A stretch of 64,000 nucleotides of DNA from Squalus acanthias. Lineage: Eukaryota. Position 1 is the first letter of the stretch; each line of letters begins with the position of its first letter. The stretch spans positions 96,536,001 through 96,600,000 of the forward strand of contig CM059431.1 of NCBI GenBank assembly GCA_030390025.1, read 5' to 3'. The notes beneath the pieces are model-generated. The model saw only the letters and a program-made list of their open reading frames with translations, was not told the DNA's origin and did no database searches. A program made the position numbers and the translations under genes. Positions 37,501 to 52,500 of this stretch are shown piece by piece.

Positions 37501-40500
37501 TCGACCCTTCTGCCAATGGGAACAATTTCTCTCTATCTACTCTGTCCAGATCCTCATGATTTTGAACACCTCTATCAAATCTCCTCTCAATCGTCTCTGC
37601 TCAAAGGAGAACAACTCCAGCTTCTCCAGTCTATCCACGTAACTGAAGTCCCTCATCCCTGGAATCATTCTCGTAAATCTTTTCTGCACCCTCTCTAAGG
37701 CCTTCACATCCTTCCTAAAGTGTGGTGCCCAGAATTGGACACAATACTCCAGTTGAGGCCGAACCAGTGTTTTATACAGGTTCATCATAATTTCCACGCT
37801 TTTGTACTCGACACTTCTATTTATGAAGCCCAGGATCCCATAAGCTTTCTTAACTGCTTTCTCAGCCTGCCCTGCCACCTTCAACGATTTGTGCACATAT
37901 ACCCCTAGGTCTCTCTGTTCATGCACCCCCTTTAGGATTGTACCCTTTAGTTTATATTTCCTCTCCTCATTCTTTCTACCAAAATGTATCACTTCGCACT
38001 TTTGTGTGTTAAATTTCCTCTGCCATGTGTCTGCCCATTCCACCAGCCTGTCTCTGTCCTCTTGAAGTCTATCACTCTCCTCCTCACTGTTCACAATACT
38101 TCCAAGTTTTGTGCCATCTGCAAATTTTGAAATTGTGCCCTGTACACCCACATTAATATATATCAAGAAAAGCAGTGGTCCCAGAACCGACCCCTGAGGA
38201 ACAGCACTGTATACCTTCCTCCAGTCCAAAAAATAACTGTTCACCACGACTCTCTGCTTCCTGTCACTTAGCCAATTTCATATCCACTGTCCCTTTTATT
38301 GTATGGGCTTCAACTTTGCTGGCAAGCCTATTATGCGGTACTTTGTCGAATGCCTTTTGGAAATCCATATACACCACGTCAACCGTATTTCCCTCATCAA
38401 CCCTCTCTGTTACTTCATCAAAAAACTTGATCGAGTTGGTTAAACACGATTTGCCTTTAACAAATCCATGCTGGCTTTCCTTAATTAATCCACACTTGCA
38501 TAATTATCAACAACAACTTGTATTTATAAAGCACCTTTAAAGTAGTAAAACGTCCCAAGGCGCTTCACAGGAATATAAGACAAAAATTGACACCGAGCCA
38601 AATAAGGAGAAATTAGGACAGATGACCAAAAGCTTGGTCAAAGAGGTAGGTTTTAAAGGAGGAAAGAAAGGTAGAGAGACAGAGATCTTTAGGGATGGAA
38701 TTCCAGAGCTTAGGGCCGAGGCAACAGAAGGCACGGCCAACAATGGTTGAGCGATTATAATCAGGGATGCTCAAGAGGACAGAATTAGAGGATCGCAGAT
38801 ATCTCTGGGGGTTGTGGGGCTGAAGGAGATTACAGAGATAGGAAGGGGCGAGGCTATGGAGGGATTTGAAAACAAGGATGAGAATCCAAAAATCGAGGTG
38901 CTGCTTAACCGGGAGCCAATGTAGGTCAGCGAGCACAGGGGGTGACGGGTGAACGGAACTTGGTGCGAGTTGGACACGAGCAGCCGAGTTTTGGATGACC
39001 TCAAGTTTATGCAGGGTAGAATGTGGGAGGCCAGCCAGGAGTCATTGGAACAGTCAAGTCTAGAGGTAACAAAGGCATGGATGAGGGTTTCAGCAGTGGA
39101 TAAGCTGAGGCGGGGCGGAGATGGGCGATGTTACAGAGGTGGAAATAGGCGGTCTTAGTGATGGCGTGAATATAGGGTCGGAAGCTCACTTCAGGGTCAA
39201 ATATGACACCAAGGTTGCGAACAGTGTGGTTTAACCTCAGACTGTTTTTGGGGAGAGGGATGGAGTGAGTGGTTAGGGAATGGATTCGGTCTTCCCAATA
39301 TTTAATTGGAAAAAATTTCTGCTCATCCATTACTGGATGTCAGAGACCATGGAGGGGTTGAGAGAAGTGGTGGTGAGCTAGAGCTGGGTGTCATCAGCGT
39401 ACATGTGGAAACTGACGCTGTGTTTTCGGATGATGTCGCCAGGGGCAGCATGTCGATGAGAAATAGGAGGGGGCCAAGTATAGATCCAGGATAGAACGAT
39501 GCGGGAGCAGGAAGAGAAGCCATTGCAGGTGATTCTCTGGCTACGACCAGATAGAGAAGAATGGAACCAGGCAAGTGCAATCCCACCCAGTTGGACCAAT
39601 GAGAGGCATTGGAGGAGGATGGAGTAGTCAACCATGTCAAAGGCTGCAGACAAGTTAAGAAGGATGAGGATGAATAGTTTACCTTTGTCACAGACACAAA
39701 GGATGTCATTTGTGACTTTGACGAGAGCCGTTTTGGTACTGTGGCAGGGGCGGAAACCTGATTGGAGGGATTCAAACATGGAATTGCGGGAAAGATAGGC
39801 ATGGATTTGGGAGGCAACAACACATTCAAGGACTATGGAGAGGAAAGGGAGGTTGGAGATGGGGGCGGTAGTTTGCAAGGCCAGAGGGGTCAAGGGTTGT
39901 TTTTTTGAGTAGAGGGGTGATGACGGCAGATTTGAGGGAATAGGGTCTCATGGACAAGATGAGCGCAGAGAGGTCATGAGGGGAGATCGGAGAGAAACTG
40001 GAAAAAGATGAGAGTTCAGGGCGAGGGCAGGGAGGAACCTTAGAGGAAGTCTGGCCCTGTGGGCTAGGGGAAGGAAGGGAAGTGGCAGCAGCCGCTGAAA
40101 GGATGGTCTCAATCTTAGAGACAAAGAAGTCCATGAGCTCCTCACACTTATTGACGGAGGTGAGGGTGGAGGAGACAGGGGAGAGCGGTTTAAGAAGACG
40201 GCTAGCCGTAGAGAATAGAAGCCAGAGTTTATCTTTGTATTCCAGAATGATTCTGGAATAGTGAGCAGTTTTGGCAGACGAGAGCAGAACTTATGCTTTA
40301 TGTGGTCCAGCCAGATCTGGCGATGAATGGCTAAACAATTGCATAATTATCCCTCTAGCTTACTAGCAATAGAACTGCTCCAGGCAACAGGAAGTTTGTG
40401 AATGATTAGGGAGATTGGTGCGTTTCCACCAGTAATCTCTATTTAACAATTGTAACAGAACTTTTCAGAGTAACTACAAACTTGAGAAAGTTCAAAACAC

Positions 40501-43500
40501 TTTGAAAGAAACTCCCTTTTTCCAGCACTAGGGCTGTAGGAATAGGTTGTAATTGTGTGAAAAAGAGAGAGAACTAATTAGTGGCAATCATCAACTGCTT
40601 CTGATGCAGGAGACAACAGGAAATGGATGCTGGAGTTAAACTACTAAGGGCATAGCCCTGAACAAAACCTTATACTGTACATAGGAGAAAAGGAAATGAA
40701 AAACCTGCATTTATATTGCAACTTTAACGTTCTTAGGACATCCAAAGCACTTCACAGCCAATTAATTAATTTTTAAAAAGTAGTCACTGTCTTATATAGG
40801 TAAACACAACAACAAATTTGTGTACAGCAAGGTCCCATGGACAGCACTGAGCAAAATAATCAGATAATTTGTTTTGGTGGTGTTGGTTGAGGAATAAATG
40901 TTGGCCAGGACACCCGGGAGAACTCCTTTGCTCTTTGAACAGTGCCACAGGACCTTTTAAATCCACCTGAACAAGCAAACGGGGTGTTAGATTAACCATA
41001 TCCAAAGGGCAACTCCTCCAACAATACAGCACTCCCTCAATATTGCACTGGGATGTTGGCCAAGATTATGTGCTCGAGTCCAACAGTGGGGCTGGAACTC
41101 ACGGCCTTCTGACTCAGAGGCAGGGGCTATTTGGGGCAGAATAGGTAGGAATCCCAGCCCTCAGCGGAATCTATCCTTCCAGGAAACAACATAACCCTAG
41201 GATTTGGTGAGTGCCTTATTGCCAAGTTTGATACTATTGACAAACTAAGACCAAAAATGACAGTGAGGTGGTAGAGGATTTTAGAAAAGTAAATTTAAGC
41301 TGCAAGAAGGGTGTGACAGAATACTAATTGGAAAACACGACTTAGGAACAGAATTACAGAATGGGGTAATTTTAACTTTGTGCGATCGTGTAAAATGGGT
41401 GATAGCAAATCAGCAGCCCCTTTACACCTCTCCCCCAATCCTCCCCCTCCCCCTTTCCTACCCTCCCCCCGTTTTTATTTCCATTGACTTCAAAGGAGCA
41501 ACTTTAATTCAAGTTGGTGTCTTTTATTATAATCTCAGCGGATCAATACCCTGTCCTATGGTATGTGTTGTCGCATGAAATTGATTGAACCACACTGTGG
41601 ACGCTTTATTCTATTAATTTATATACTTCATGCGAAATAAACCAATCTGTTGGTTTACAATCAGCCTGATTTCACTGCATTGCTCTTCAGTTCACCTTCC
41701 ATAAAGACAGGAAATATACCTGGAGCACTGGGAACAATTCTGGGCACTGTACTACAGCAAGGATATCCTGGCACTGGAGGCAATGCAGAAAAGGGCAACA
41801 AATTGATACTGAGCTTAAGGAATCTGAGCTGTGATGAGAGGGTGAAGATCCCAGGATTGTTTACTCTGGAGAAGAGAAGGATGGGGGAAGCGAGATTATT
41901 CATGAACTTAAGGTCCTTCAGGGAATCAATAAATTGAACCTGATAATATGTTTGAAATTGACACAAACTCTAGAATCAGGAACCTGGGCTTGGGCTGAGT
42001 AGAGGGATGGGGGAGACAGTTTAGATTGAAGTACTTTGTTCAGAGAGCAGGTTAGTGTGTGGAATGGACTGTCCGGGGATTCGGTGGGAGCAGAGAGTGT
42101 GGGAAAATGCCCAGGATAATTGGAGAGTTTGAGGGAGTGGTGATTGAAGGAGAATTAGTTTCTCAGGGTCCATCATTCTATATAATGCAGCATCTTCAGA
42201 TGGGGCAGACTTGCTCCTCTACCTTCCATTGCTTGGTCCTGATTTTCTTATTTGCTACCCTTCAGTGTCAGTCTCCTGTAAATGTGAGCAAGAGCCACTC
42301 GCTGATTATCATCCAATTCCCCACAGCCACACTCTGTGCATCTGTGGCCATCTCAGAGCACGTGATTGGTCGAGCACTCAGCCCGCGTGCACAGTAATCG
42401 GTCCAGGGCCCGCACACCGGGGACGCGCATCAGAGGCTCGCACGAACTGCAAACTTCTCTTCACTGACACTGGATGGAGAGAAGATACTGCTGGCGGTTG
42501 AGACTGGAACGGTCCAACCACTGGAATCATTTCCGAGGAAATCTCATCTTCCATTCACCCCCCGCCCCCAACGGATCAGTTCCAGGGATAACCTGGGACT
42601 TTAACCCAGTTTCCCCCAAGGGTCTCGGGAGAACTCTCAGCAGCAAAGGCCCCTAAACCCAGAGATCAAAACCTTAAGCAGCAGCTCCGATAGCTGCACT
42701 GGGAGTTAAAGACTACAAGTTGTATTGTTCACTGGGCTGGTGCTGCAGAGTAGCATTGCTCTGATGTTCCAGGAGTCTGTTGATGCTGATGTCCCTCACA
42801 GGCACATGCCACCTGGTGCTGTGTTGATCCCGACCCTGGGATTCAGGACAGGGTCTGCGGATTTGGACACAGACAGCGGAATGTCTGCTCCACCAAACTA
42901 ATGAGGGTGAGGAACTTAAAGGAACTAACATTAGTAAAGAAAAAGTACTGGAGAAATTAATGGGACTAAAAGCCGACAAATCCCCTGGACCTGATAGACT
43001 ACATGCGAGGGTTCTAAAATAGGTGACGGCAGAGATAGTGGATGCATTGGTTTTGATCTTCCAAAATTCCCTAGATTCTAGAATGGTCCCAGCGGATTGG
43101 AAGGTCGCAAATGTAACCCTGCTATTCAAGAAAGAAGGGAGAGAAAACAGGGAACTACAGGCCAGTTAGCCTGACATCAGTCGTCGGGAAAATGCTGGAA
43201 TCCATTATTAAGGAAGTAATAACAGAGCACTTAGAAAATCATAATATGATTTGGCAGAGTCAACATGGTTTTATGAAAGGGAAATTGTGTTTGACAAATC
43301 TGTTAGAGTTTTTTGAGGATGTAACTAGCAGGGTCGATAAAGTGGATGTAGTATATTTGGATTTTCAAAAGGCATTCAATAAGGTGCCACATAAGATAAG
43401 GGCTCATGGGTAATATATTAGCATGGATAGAGGATTGGTTAAAGGACAGAAAACAGAGAGTAGGGATAAACGGGTCATTTTCAGATTGGCAGGCTGTAAC

Positions 43501-46500
43501 TAGTGGGGTACCGCAAGGATCAGCGCTGGGGCCTCAGCTATTTACAACCTATATCAATGACTTAGATGAAGGGACCAAGTGTAATGTATCCAAGTTTGCT
43601 GACGATACAAAGCTAGGTGGGAAATTAAGCTGTGAGGAGAACACAGAGTCTGCAAAGCGATATAGACAGGTTATGTGAGTGGGCAAGAAGGTGGCAGATG
43701 GAGTAGAACATAAGAACATAAAAAATAGGAGCAGGAATAGGCCACTTGGCCCCTCAAGCCTGCTCCGCCATTCAATAAGATCATGGCTGATCTTAGGCTC
43801 AAAGTCACTTCCCTGCCCGCGCCCCATAACCCTTTACTCCCTTATCTTGCAAAAATCTGTCTATCTCCACCTTAAATGTATTTAATGACCCAGCCTCCAC
43901 GGCTCTCTGGGGCAGAGAATTCCACAGATTTACGACCTTCTGAGAGAAGAAATTCCTCCTCATCTCAGATCTAAAAGGGCGACCCTTTATTCTGAAACTA
44001 ACCCTAACCCGAGTTCTAGATTTCCCCACGAGGGGAAACATCCTCTCTGCATCTACCTTGTCGAGCCCCCTCAGTATCTTATATGTTTCAATAAGATCAC
44101 CTCTCATTCTTCTAAATTCCAATGAGTATAGGCCCAACCTGCTCAACCTATCTTCATAAGTCAACCCCCTCATCTCTGGAATTGTGGGGAAATGTTAGGT
44201 TATTCACTTTGGTAGGAAGAATAGAAAAACAGAATATTTTTTAAATGGTGAGAATCTATTAAATGTTGGTGTGCAGGGGGATTTGGGTTTCCTTGAAAAC
44301 AAAACACAGAAAGTTAGCATGCAGGTACAGCAAACAATTAGGAAGGCAAATGGCATGTTGGCCTTTATTGCAAGGGGGTTGGAGTACAAGAATAAGGAAG
44401 TCTTGCTGCAATTGTACAGGGCTTTGGTGAGACCTCACCTGGAGTACTGTGCACAGTTTTGGTCTCCGTACCTAAGGAAGGATATACATGCCTTAGAGGC
44501 GGTGTAACGAAGGTTCACTAGATTGATTCCTGTGATGAGGTGGCTGTCCTATGAGGAGTGATTGAGTAGGTTGGGCCTATACTCTCTGGAGTTTAGAAGA
44601 ATAAGAGGTGATCTCATTGAAACATGCAAGATTCTGAGCGGGATTGACAGGGTAGATGCTGAGAGGTTGTTTCCCCTGGCTGGATCCAAAATTGGCTTAG
44701 TGGCAGGAGGCAGAGGGTAATGGTCGAAGGTTGTTTTTGTGACTGAAAGCCTGTGTCCCATGGTGTACCGCAGGGATCGGTGCTGGGTCCTTTGCTGTTT
44801 GTAGTGTACATTAATGATTTAGCTATGAATGTAGGAGGTATGATCAGTAAGTTCGCAGATGACACGAAAATTGGTGGAGTGGTAAATAGCGAGGAGGGAA
44901 GCCTCAGGCTACATGACGATATAGACGGGATGGTTAGATGGGCAGAACAGTGGCAAATGGAATTTAACCCTGAAAAGTGTGAGGTGATGCATTTTGGGAG
45001 GACAAACAAGGCAAGGGAATACACAATGAATGGTAGGATCCTAGGAAGGATAGAGGATCAGAGGGACCTTGGTGTGCATGTACATAGATCCCTGAAGGCA
45101 GCAGGACAGGTAGATAAGGTGGTTAAAAAGGCATATGGGATACTTGCCTTCATTAGCCGAGGCATAGAATATAAGAGCAGGGAGGTTATGATGGAGCTGT
45201 ACAAAACGTTAGTTAGGCCACAGCTGGAATACTGTGTGCAGTTCTGGTCGCCACACTATAGGAGGGATGTGATTGCATTGGAGAGGGTACAGAGGAGATT
45301 CACCAGGATGTTACCTGGGCTGGAGCGCTTCAGCTATGAAGAGAGACTGGACAGGCTGGGGTTGTTTTCCTGAGAGCAGAGAAGGCTGAGGGGGGACCTG
45401 ATTGAGGTGTACAAAATTATGAGGGGCATAGATAGGGTAGATAGAAAGGAACTTTTCCCCTTAGTAGAGGGGTCAATAACTAGGGGGCATAGTTTCAAGG
45501 TAAGGGGCAGGAGGTTTAGAGGGGATTTGAGGGAAAACTTTTTCACCCAGAGGGTTGTTGAAATCTGGAACTCACTGCCTGAAAGGGTGGTAGAGGCAGG
45601 AACCCTCACCACATTCAAGAAGCATTTAGATGAGCACTTGAAACGCCATAGCATACAAGGCTACGGACCAAGTGCTGGAAAATGGGATTAGAATAGACAG
45701 GGCTTGATGGCCGGCGCGGACACGATGGGCCGAAGGGCCTCTTTCTGTGCTGTATAACTCTATGACTCTATGGCTGGAGAGTCTAGAACGAGGGGTGACA
45801 GTTTCAGGATAAGGGGTCGGCCATTTAGGACTGATGTGGAGAAAGTTCTTCACTCAGAGGGTGGTGCATCTTTGGAATTCTCTACCCCAGAGAGCTGTGA
45901 ATGCTGAGTCGTTGAGTATATTCAAGTCTGAGATTGATAGATTTTTGGACTTTAGGGGAATCAAGGGATATGGGGATCGGGCAGGAAAGTGGAGTTGAGG
46001 TCGAAGATCAGCCATGATCTTATTGAATGGCGGAGCAGGCTCGAGGGGCCGTGTTGTTTAATCCTGCACCTAATTCTTATGTTCTTAAACTTCCAGTGGC
46101 ACTCCCGGAATTTCAGGACCTGGGATCCCGGTCTCAGTTTATGTCAATGCTGCTCCTGAATTGAGAGATGCAGCCCAGCAGTCCTTTTCTTTTTGACTTG
46201 CAATTCTACAGCACCTTTCACGACTTCAGGACGTCCCAAAGCGCTTTACAGCCAATGAAGCACTCTTGAGGTGTAGTCACTGTTGCAATGTCCTGTGGGG
46301 AAGGACCCGAGCTTTAAGTCAGCAACTGCCCCGACAGCTTGCATTCACCGATAACTCTCTGTGTGGGGAACAGCAGCCTGTGCTCAGGGTACAACAAATT
46401 AATACACTGACGTGAATCATCACTGTTTTGGTACAAATCTTACATCAGCCTGGGAAAGTGCAACTCTCACAGCTCGAAATACATAAAGCCACTGCAGCAC

Positions 46501-49500
46501 ATGTGCTCATTACTGACAACCCGTTTCCTGATCAACAAAGACTGCAACCGTGCTCCTTCCCTGTGTGATTGGCTAAGCTCACAGCAACGCTTCACTTCTC
46601 AAGCACAGAATGATGCAATGGTACGAAATGGAGCAGAGTACTAACCTGCTGAGAAAATCCACAAAAGAACTGGTACAAAAACTGAGGAAATATGAAGCAA
46701 ACATTCTGGAAAACAACAGAAATATGTGATGAGATAATTAAAACACCACAAACAATGACATCAGATATATTTCAAACCTACACTTATTTAAGACTGCATT
46801 CACTTTCAATGTACTCATGAGACCATCTCCTTTAGCTGATGGATTAGCAAAGCTGGGAAAATTTACAGTGGATGATTTTAGCTGGAGTACAGAAAGATTG
46901 CATGTTGCTTTTTTCACTAAAATTATCAACAGGAAAGTTGGTATTGAAGCCCTGAAAGGAAACACAGTAAAATATATGCAGCGGGAAGGCAGGTGATGCT
47001 ATTGGAGCAAGATTCAAAAAAGAGCTCCTGTCCAAACAACAGCAGAACCAAAGACCAACCAGCAGGAGGTGAAACAAGTACAAATCAATTATATTCCAGT
47101 AAGGAGACAAGAAAACGTACTGAAGGCCAAGTGTCTGGATGAATAGGGACACAAGATCAAAATAAGTATTTCACACTTTATACATGAGACAAGTGGAGTA
47201 CGAAAGACCAAGAGACTGGAGCTTACCCTCAACAGGAGTTCCGCCTGAAAGTGCAGTGGGCCTAAAATTATGCTTGAGGGGTTAAATAACTAAACAACAA
47301 TAACAACTTGCATTTATATAGCGCCTTTAATGTAGTAAAACATCCCAAGGCGCTTCACAGGAGCGTTATCAGACAAAATTTAACACCAAGCCATATAAGG
47401 AGATATTAGGGCAGATGATCAAAAGTTTGGTCAAAGAGGTAGGTTTTAAGAGCGTCTTAAAGGAGGAGAAAGTGGTGGAGAGGTTTAGGGAGGGAATTCC
47501 AGAGCTTAGGGCCTCGACAGCTGAAGGCACGGCCACCAATGGTTGAGTGATTAAAATCAGGGGTGCGCAAGAGGCCAAAATTGAGGAGCGCAGAGATCGC
47601 GGAGGGTTGTCGGGCTGGAGGAGATTACAGAGATAGGGAGGGACGAGACCATGGAGGGATTTGAAATCAAGGATGAGAATTTTAAAATCAAGGCATTGCT
47701 TAACCGGGAGCCAATGTAGGTCAGTGAGCACAAGGGAGATGGGTGAACGGGACTTGGTGCAAGTTAGGATATGGGCAGCAGATTTTTGGATGTCCTTAAG
47801 TTTATGCAGGGTGGAAGATGGGAGGCCGGCATTGGAATAGTCAAGTCTGGAGGTAACAAAGGCATGGATGAGAATTTCAGCAGCAGATGAGCTAAGGCAA
47901 GAGCATAGTCAGGCAATGTTACAGAGTTGGATATAGGCAGTCTTAGGGATAGCATGGATATATGGTCGGTAGCCTATTTCCGGGTCAAATATGACACCAA
48001 TTTGCAAACAGTCTAGTTCAGCTTCAGACAGTTGCTAGGGAGAGGGATGGAGTCAGTGGCTCAGGAACGGAGTTTGTGGCGGGGACCGAAGACAATGGCT
48101 TCGGTCTTCCCAATATTCAGTTGGAGGAAATTTCTGCTCATCCAGTACTGGATGTCAGACAAGCAATCTGACAATGTAGGGACAGTGGAGGGGTCGAGAG
48201 AAGTGGTGAGGTAGAGCTGGGTGTCATCAGCATACATGTGGAAATTAAAAAAGAGTCAGACTGTGACCGGGGGGGGGGGGGGGGGGGGGGGGGGGAGAGA
48301 GGGGTTCAGCCTGTGCTGCGAGGGGGAGAGGGGTGGGCGGGGGGGGGGGGAAGAGAGCCTGTGACAAGGGGGGGGGGGGAGAGCCTGTGCTGCGAGAGGA
48401 GAGGGGGGGAGGGGGAGGGGGGTCAGCCTGTCATGGGGGTGTAACTGCCGGTGTGCGCGGTCCTGGATGCTGTGTGTGTCTGAGATGCCCTGGTGTAGGA
48501 GTCTCTCCGACTGCTCGCAGTCAAGCTCATGGTTCGTGAACTCCAGGAGCTGGAATCCCTCAGTCAGGTGATCATCTTGCAGACAGCGCGAGTCAGTGAG
48601 GGGGGGAAACAGGTGACTGTCCATCTGAGTGGGAAGAGTGAACAGGAGGCAGTGCAGGGGTCCCCAGGAGTGTTAAATTGACAAACAGCGATTCAGTGCT
48701 GAGTCCCTGTGACAATATCAACAACTCGTAGGAGGAAAACTGGGTGCAAAGAGGCTGCCAAAGGGTGAGTGAGGTGCAGAAACGCAGCAGCAATTGGAGA
48801 TTGCAGTCAGGGAACAGACAGGGGCTTTTGCTGCTGCCACTGAGGGTCTTGAATGGCGGCTTGCCTCCAGCTGCCAGGGTAACGGCGGGGGGGGGGGGGA
48901 ATGACAGAGCAGAAAGGAAAGCAAAAGGGACAAAGAGCACTGGAAGACAGGGGGTCGCTTTCTGATCAGGCACTAGTCAGGCAGTCTGTATTAGCACTCC
49001 TCTAACCGTCAGTGTGCTGACCCCAACAGCAGGGTCATCATTATTTACTGGATGGTGACAGTAGAACCTGACCCCATGTCTGGATAATGTTTCCAAGGGG
49101 CAGAATGTAGATGAGGAAAAAGAGGAGGGGCCAAGGATGGATCTTTGGGGGACTCCAGAGGTGATGTTATGGAGGCAGAAGCCATTGCTGGAGATGCTCT
49201 GGCTATGATTAGATAGTAAAAGTCGAACCAGGCGAGTGCAATCCCACCCAGCTGGACAACGGAGGAGAGGCGTTGGAGGAGGATGGTGTGGTCAACCATG
49301 TCAAAGGCTGCAGACAGATTGAGAAGGATGAGGAGGGATAGTTTACCATGGTCACAGTCACAAAGGATGTAATTTGTGACTTTGATAAGGGCCATTTCAG
49401 TGTTGTGGCAGAGATGTAAACCTGATTGGAGGGATTCAAACATGGAGTTGCAGGAAAGATGGGCACAGATTTGGGTGGCAACAACACATTTAATAAGTTT

Positions 49501-52500
49501 GGAGAGGAAAGGGAGGTTGAAGTTGGGGTAGCAGTTTGCAAGGACAGAAGGGTCAAGGGAAGGTTTTATTTGAAGATGTAGTGTGATGGCGGTTTTGAAA
49601 GTGAGAGGGACAGTAGCTGAGGGGAGGGGAACCATTTACAACATCATCTAGCATGGGCACCTGGAAAGGAAGCTGGATGGTCGACAGTTTAGTAGGAATA
49701 GGGTCAACAGAACAGGAGATGAGCTTGGAGAGGGCATGAGGGAAGATAGAGAAACGCGGGTTCAGGGCTAGGACAGGGGGAGCCTGGAGGGAGGTTTGGC
49801 TCGATAGATAAGGGGAAAGAGAGAATCATCAGAGGCAGGTGAATGCATGGTCTAAATCTTAGTGATAAAGTTCTCCATGATCTTCTCGCACTTGTTAGAG
49901 GTGAGGGTTGTGGGGGTGGGGAGAGAAGAGAAGAGAAGCCGGGGGGTTATCTTTGCATTTCAGGATGATCCTGGAGTAGTAGGGAAGAGGTGTGGGAGCT
50001 CCAGAAACCTGATTGGAGTGATTCAAACATGGAGTTGCAGGAAAAATGAGCACAGATTTGAGAGGTGAAAACACGTTCAAGGACTTAGGAGAGGAAAGGG
50101 AGATTGTAGATGGGGTGGTAGATTACAAGGATGGAAGGGGTCAAGGGTGGGCTTTTTGAAGAGAACGCTGATGAAGGCAGTTTTGAAAGGGAAGGGGACA
50201 GTACCTTAGGAAATGGAACTTCTTGCAATGTCAGCTAGGATGGTGGCTATGAAGAAAAGTTGGATGGTCAGCAGTTTAGTGGCAATGTGGTCAAATGAGC
50301 ATGAGGTGGGCCTCATGGCGAGATGAGCTCGAAGAGGGCACGAGGGGAAATAGGAGAAACATGGGAAAGATGCGAGTTCAAGGCTAGGGTGGGGTGAGGC
50401 TTGGGGGTTAGATACTAGAAGAAATGTAAGATTTACAATAGAGGATAGAACAGATGGTTGAAAAACTGTCAAATTCACTTCCAAGGTTAGAAACACAGGA
50501 AAGTTTTTCAGCCATTCAGCCCCTCAAGCTTGTTCTGCCCCGTGATTAGATCATGGCTGAAATGTACCTCAACTCCATTTACCTGCTTTTACTCCATATC
50601 CCTTGATACCTTTACCTAACAAAAATCTATTGATCTCAGTCTTGAACATTTCAATTGACCCCCAACATCCACAACCTATTGGGGAGTGAATTCCAGATTT
50701 AAACTATCCTTCATCAGATCAAGTGCTTCCTGATTTTGTTACTGAACGGCCTAGTTCTAATTTTAAGATTATGGTTGAGGCAGAAACAGTGTCAATATTC
50801 AAAATTAGATTGGATAGGTGGCTGAAAGAAAAGGGGCTGAAGAGATATGGGAACAGGATGGGTAAACGTGATTAGACTATCTCCTCATGTGGAGGGTAAG
50901 CATTGACACATACTCGGGCCGATGACCAGTTTCTGTGTTGTAAGCTCGATGCACGTATTTCTATGTACAAACCACTTATAATGGGTAAATTTAAAGGGAT
51001 GCAGCATCTTAAAAAACCATCAGCATTTGAGGATAAAAATGTTGATAGCTTTTAGGTGTTTGGGCTACTGTTGGCAGTGCCCACTCTACAGTGCATTTTA
51101 GCTGCAGGTATCTTTTCAGCAGATGGCTGTTTGCTGAATCAGAGTCAATGTAGCCAGTTCCACACAGTAATTGCCAGGTATGTGCAGATTGACCTGTGTG
51201 GGAGGTGTACACAGTCTGCCTCTGTGTCCCTGACTTGTCTGGCATCCCTCCATTGCTCTGCGTCAAAACTGGGTATCATCAGCAGCAGCAATAACCATCT
51301 CCAACTTAAGAAAGCCTAACCATCTCACCTTGGCATTCAATGACATTATCACCCAATCTCCCACCATCACCTCCAAAAAATTTCACGAAAGAGGAATTCA
51401 CAACGGAAAACCCATTGTCCCAATACTGAGGATGTACCAAAAAATGTACGTGCCAGAACACTTGGCACAACTAAATGGAAACAGTAAGAGAAACAAAAGA
51501 AAGAAAAAAGGCTCCAAAATAGCCTTAAAACACTGTACACATCTTACAATAGGGCTGCTTAAATGCACTTCTGTAAAAGGACACCCTAACAGCCTTGGAC
51601 AGGCATTTTATAAAGGCGGGTAGGTAATGGAGCACTATACCAGGTGAAACACTAGTTCATTAATCCTCAAAGCCAAGAAACCCAACGCCATCCAGGACAG
51701 AGCAATTTGCTTTGATCAGAAACCTATTTCACCCCCCTCAGGATGTGGGTGACAATGGCTCAGCTGCATTCATTACCCATCCATAGTTGCCCCAAGGTGG
51801 TGGCAGTGAGCCTTCTGCTCAACCACTGCAGTCCTTGTGGTGATGGAGCTCCTACAATGGTGTTAGGCATGGAATTCCAGATTTTGATCCAGTGCTGACC
51901 AAGGAACAACGTATGTCCAAGTCAGGATGTGTGAGATTTGGAAGGGAACTTGAAAGTTATGGTGTTCCCATGACATTGCTACTCTTATCCTTCTTAGTGG
52001 TAGAGATTGAGGGCTGGAAGGGTTTTGAGATTCTTGAAATGTGTTGCAGCTGCATCTGTCCAGTGAGTGGTGAGTGTCCCATTACACTCTGACTTGAACC
52101 TTGTAGCTGGTGGAGAGGCTTTGAGGGGCACCCAGCCTCTGCCTTGCTCTTGCATCTAATATGTTGATGTGGCTAGTCTAGTTAAGCTTTTGGTCAGTGG
52201 TGATCCCCATGTTGTTTGAGGGACCTGGTGATGGTGATATCGTTGAAATTCATGGGAGGTAGTTGGGTGTTTTTATTAAGATAACTAACAATAAATTGGC
52301 CACCGTGTCTGGTGCCAGTGAAACCCACCTGAAAATGAGATGGGATGGTAATAGGGCAAAAATTTCACTTAACAGATTGTTGTCCACTTCTCCAATTGTT
52401 TGCCAATTTTATGCCTGATTAATATCAATTTAGAAAGAAACTGAGGCAGAATAATTGTCAGTACGTAGAGTGCCAAATACTAACCATCATAGCACATTTA

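Noticed and set aside
46740..47230. Non-repetitive stretch that might be an extra exon or pseudogene
   Set aside because: No recognisable protein motif, stops in the plausible frames, and the ATP11A frame is already complete across this intron.
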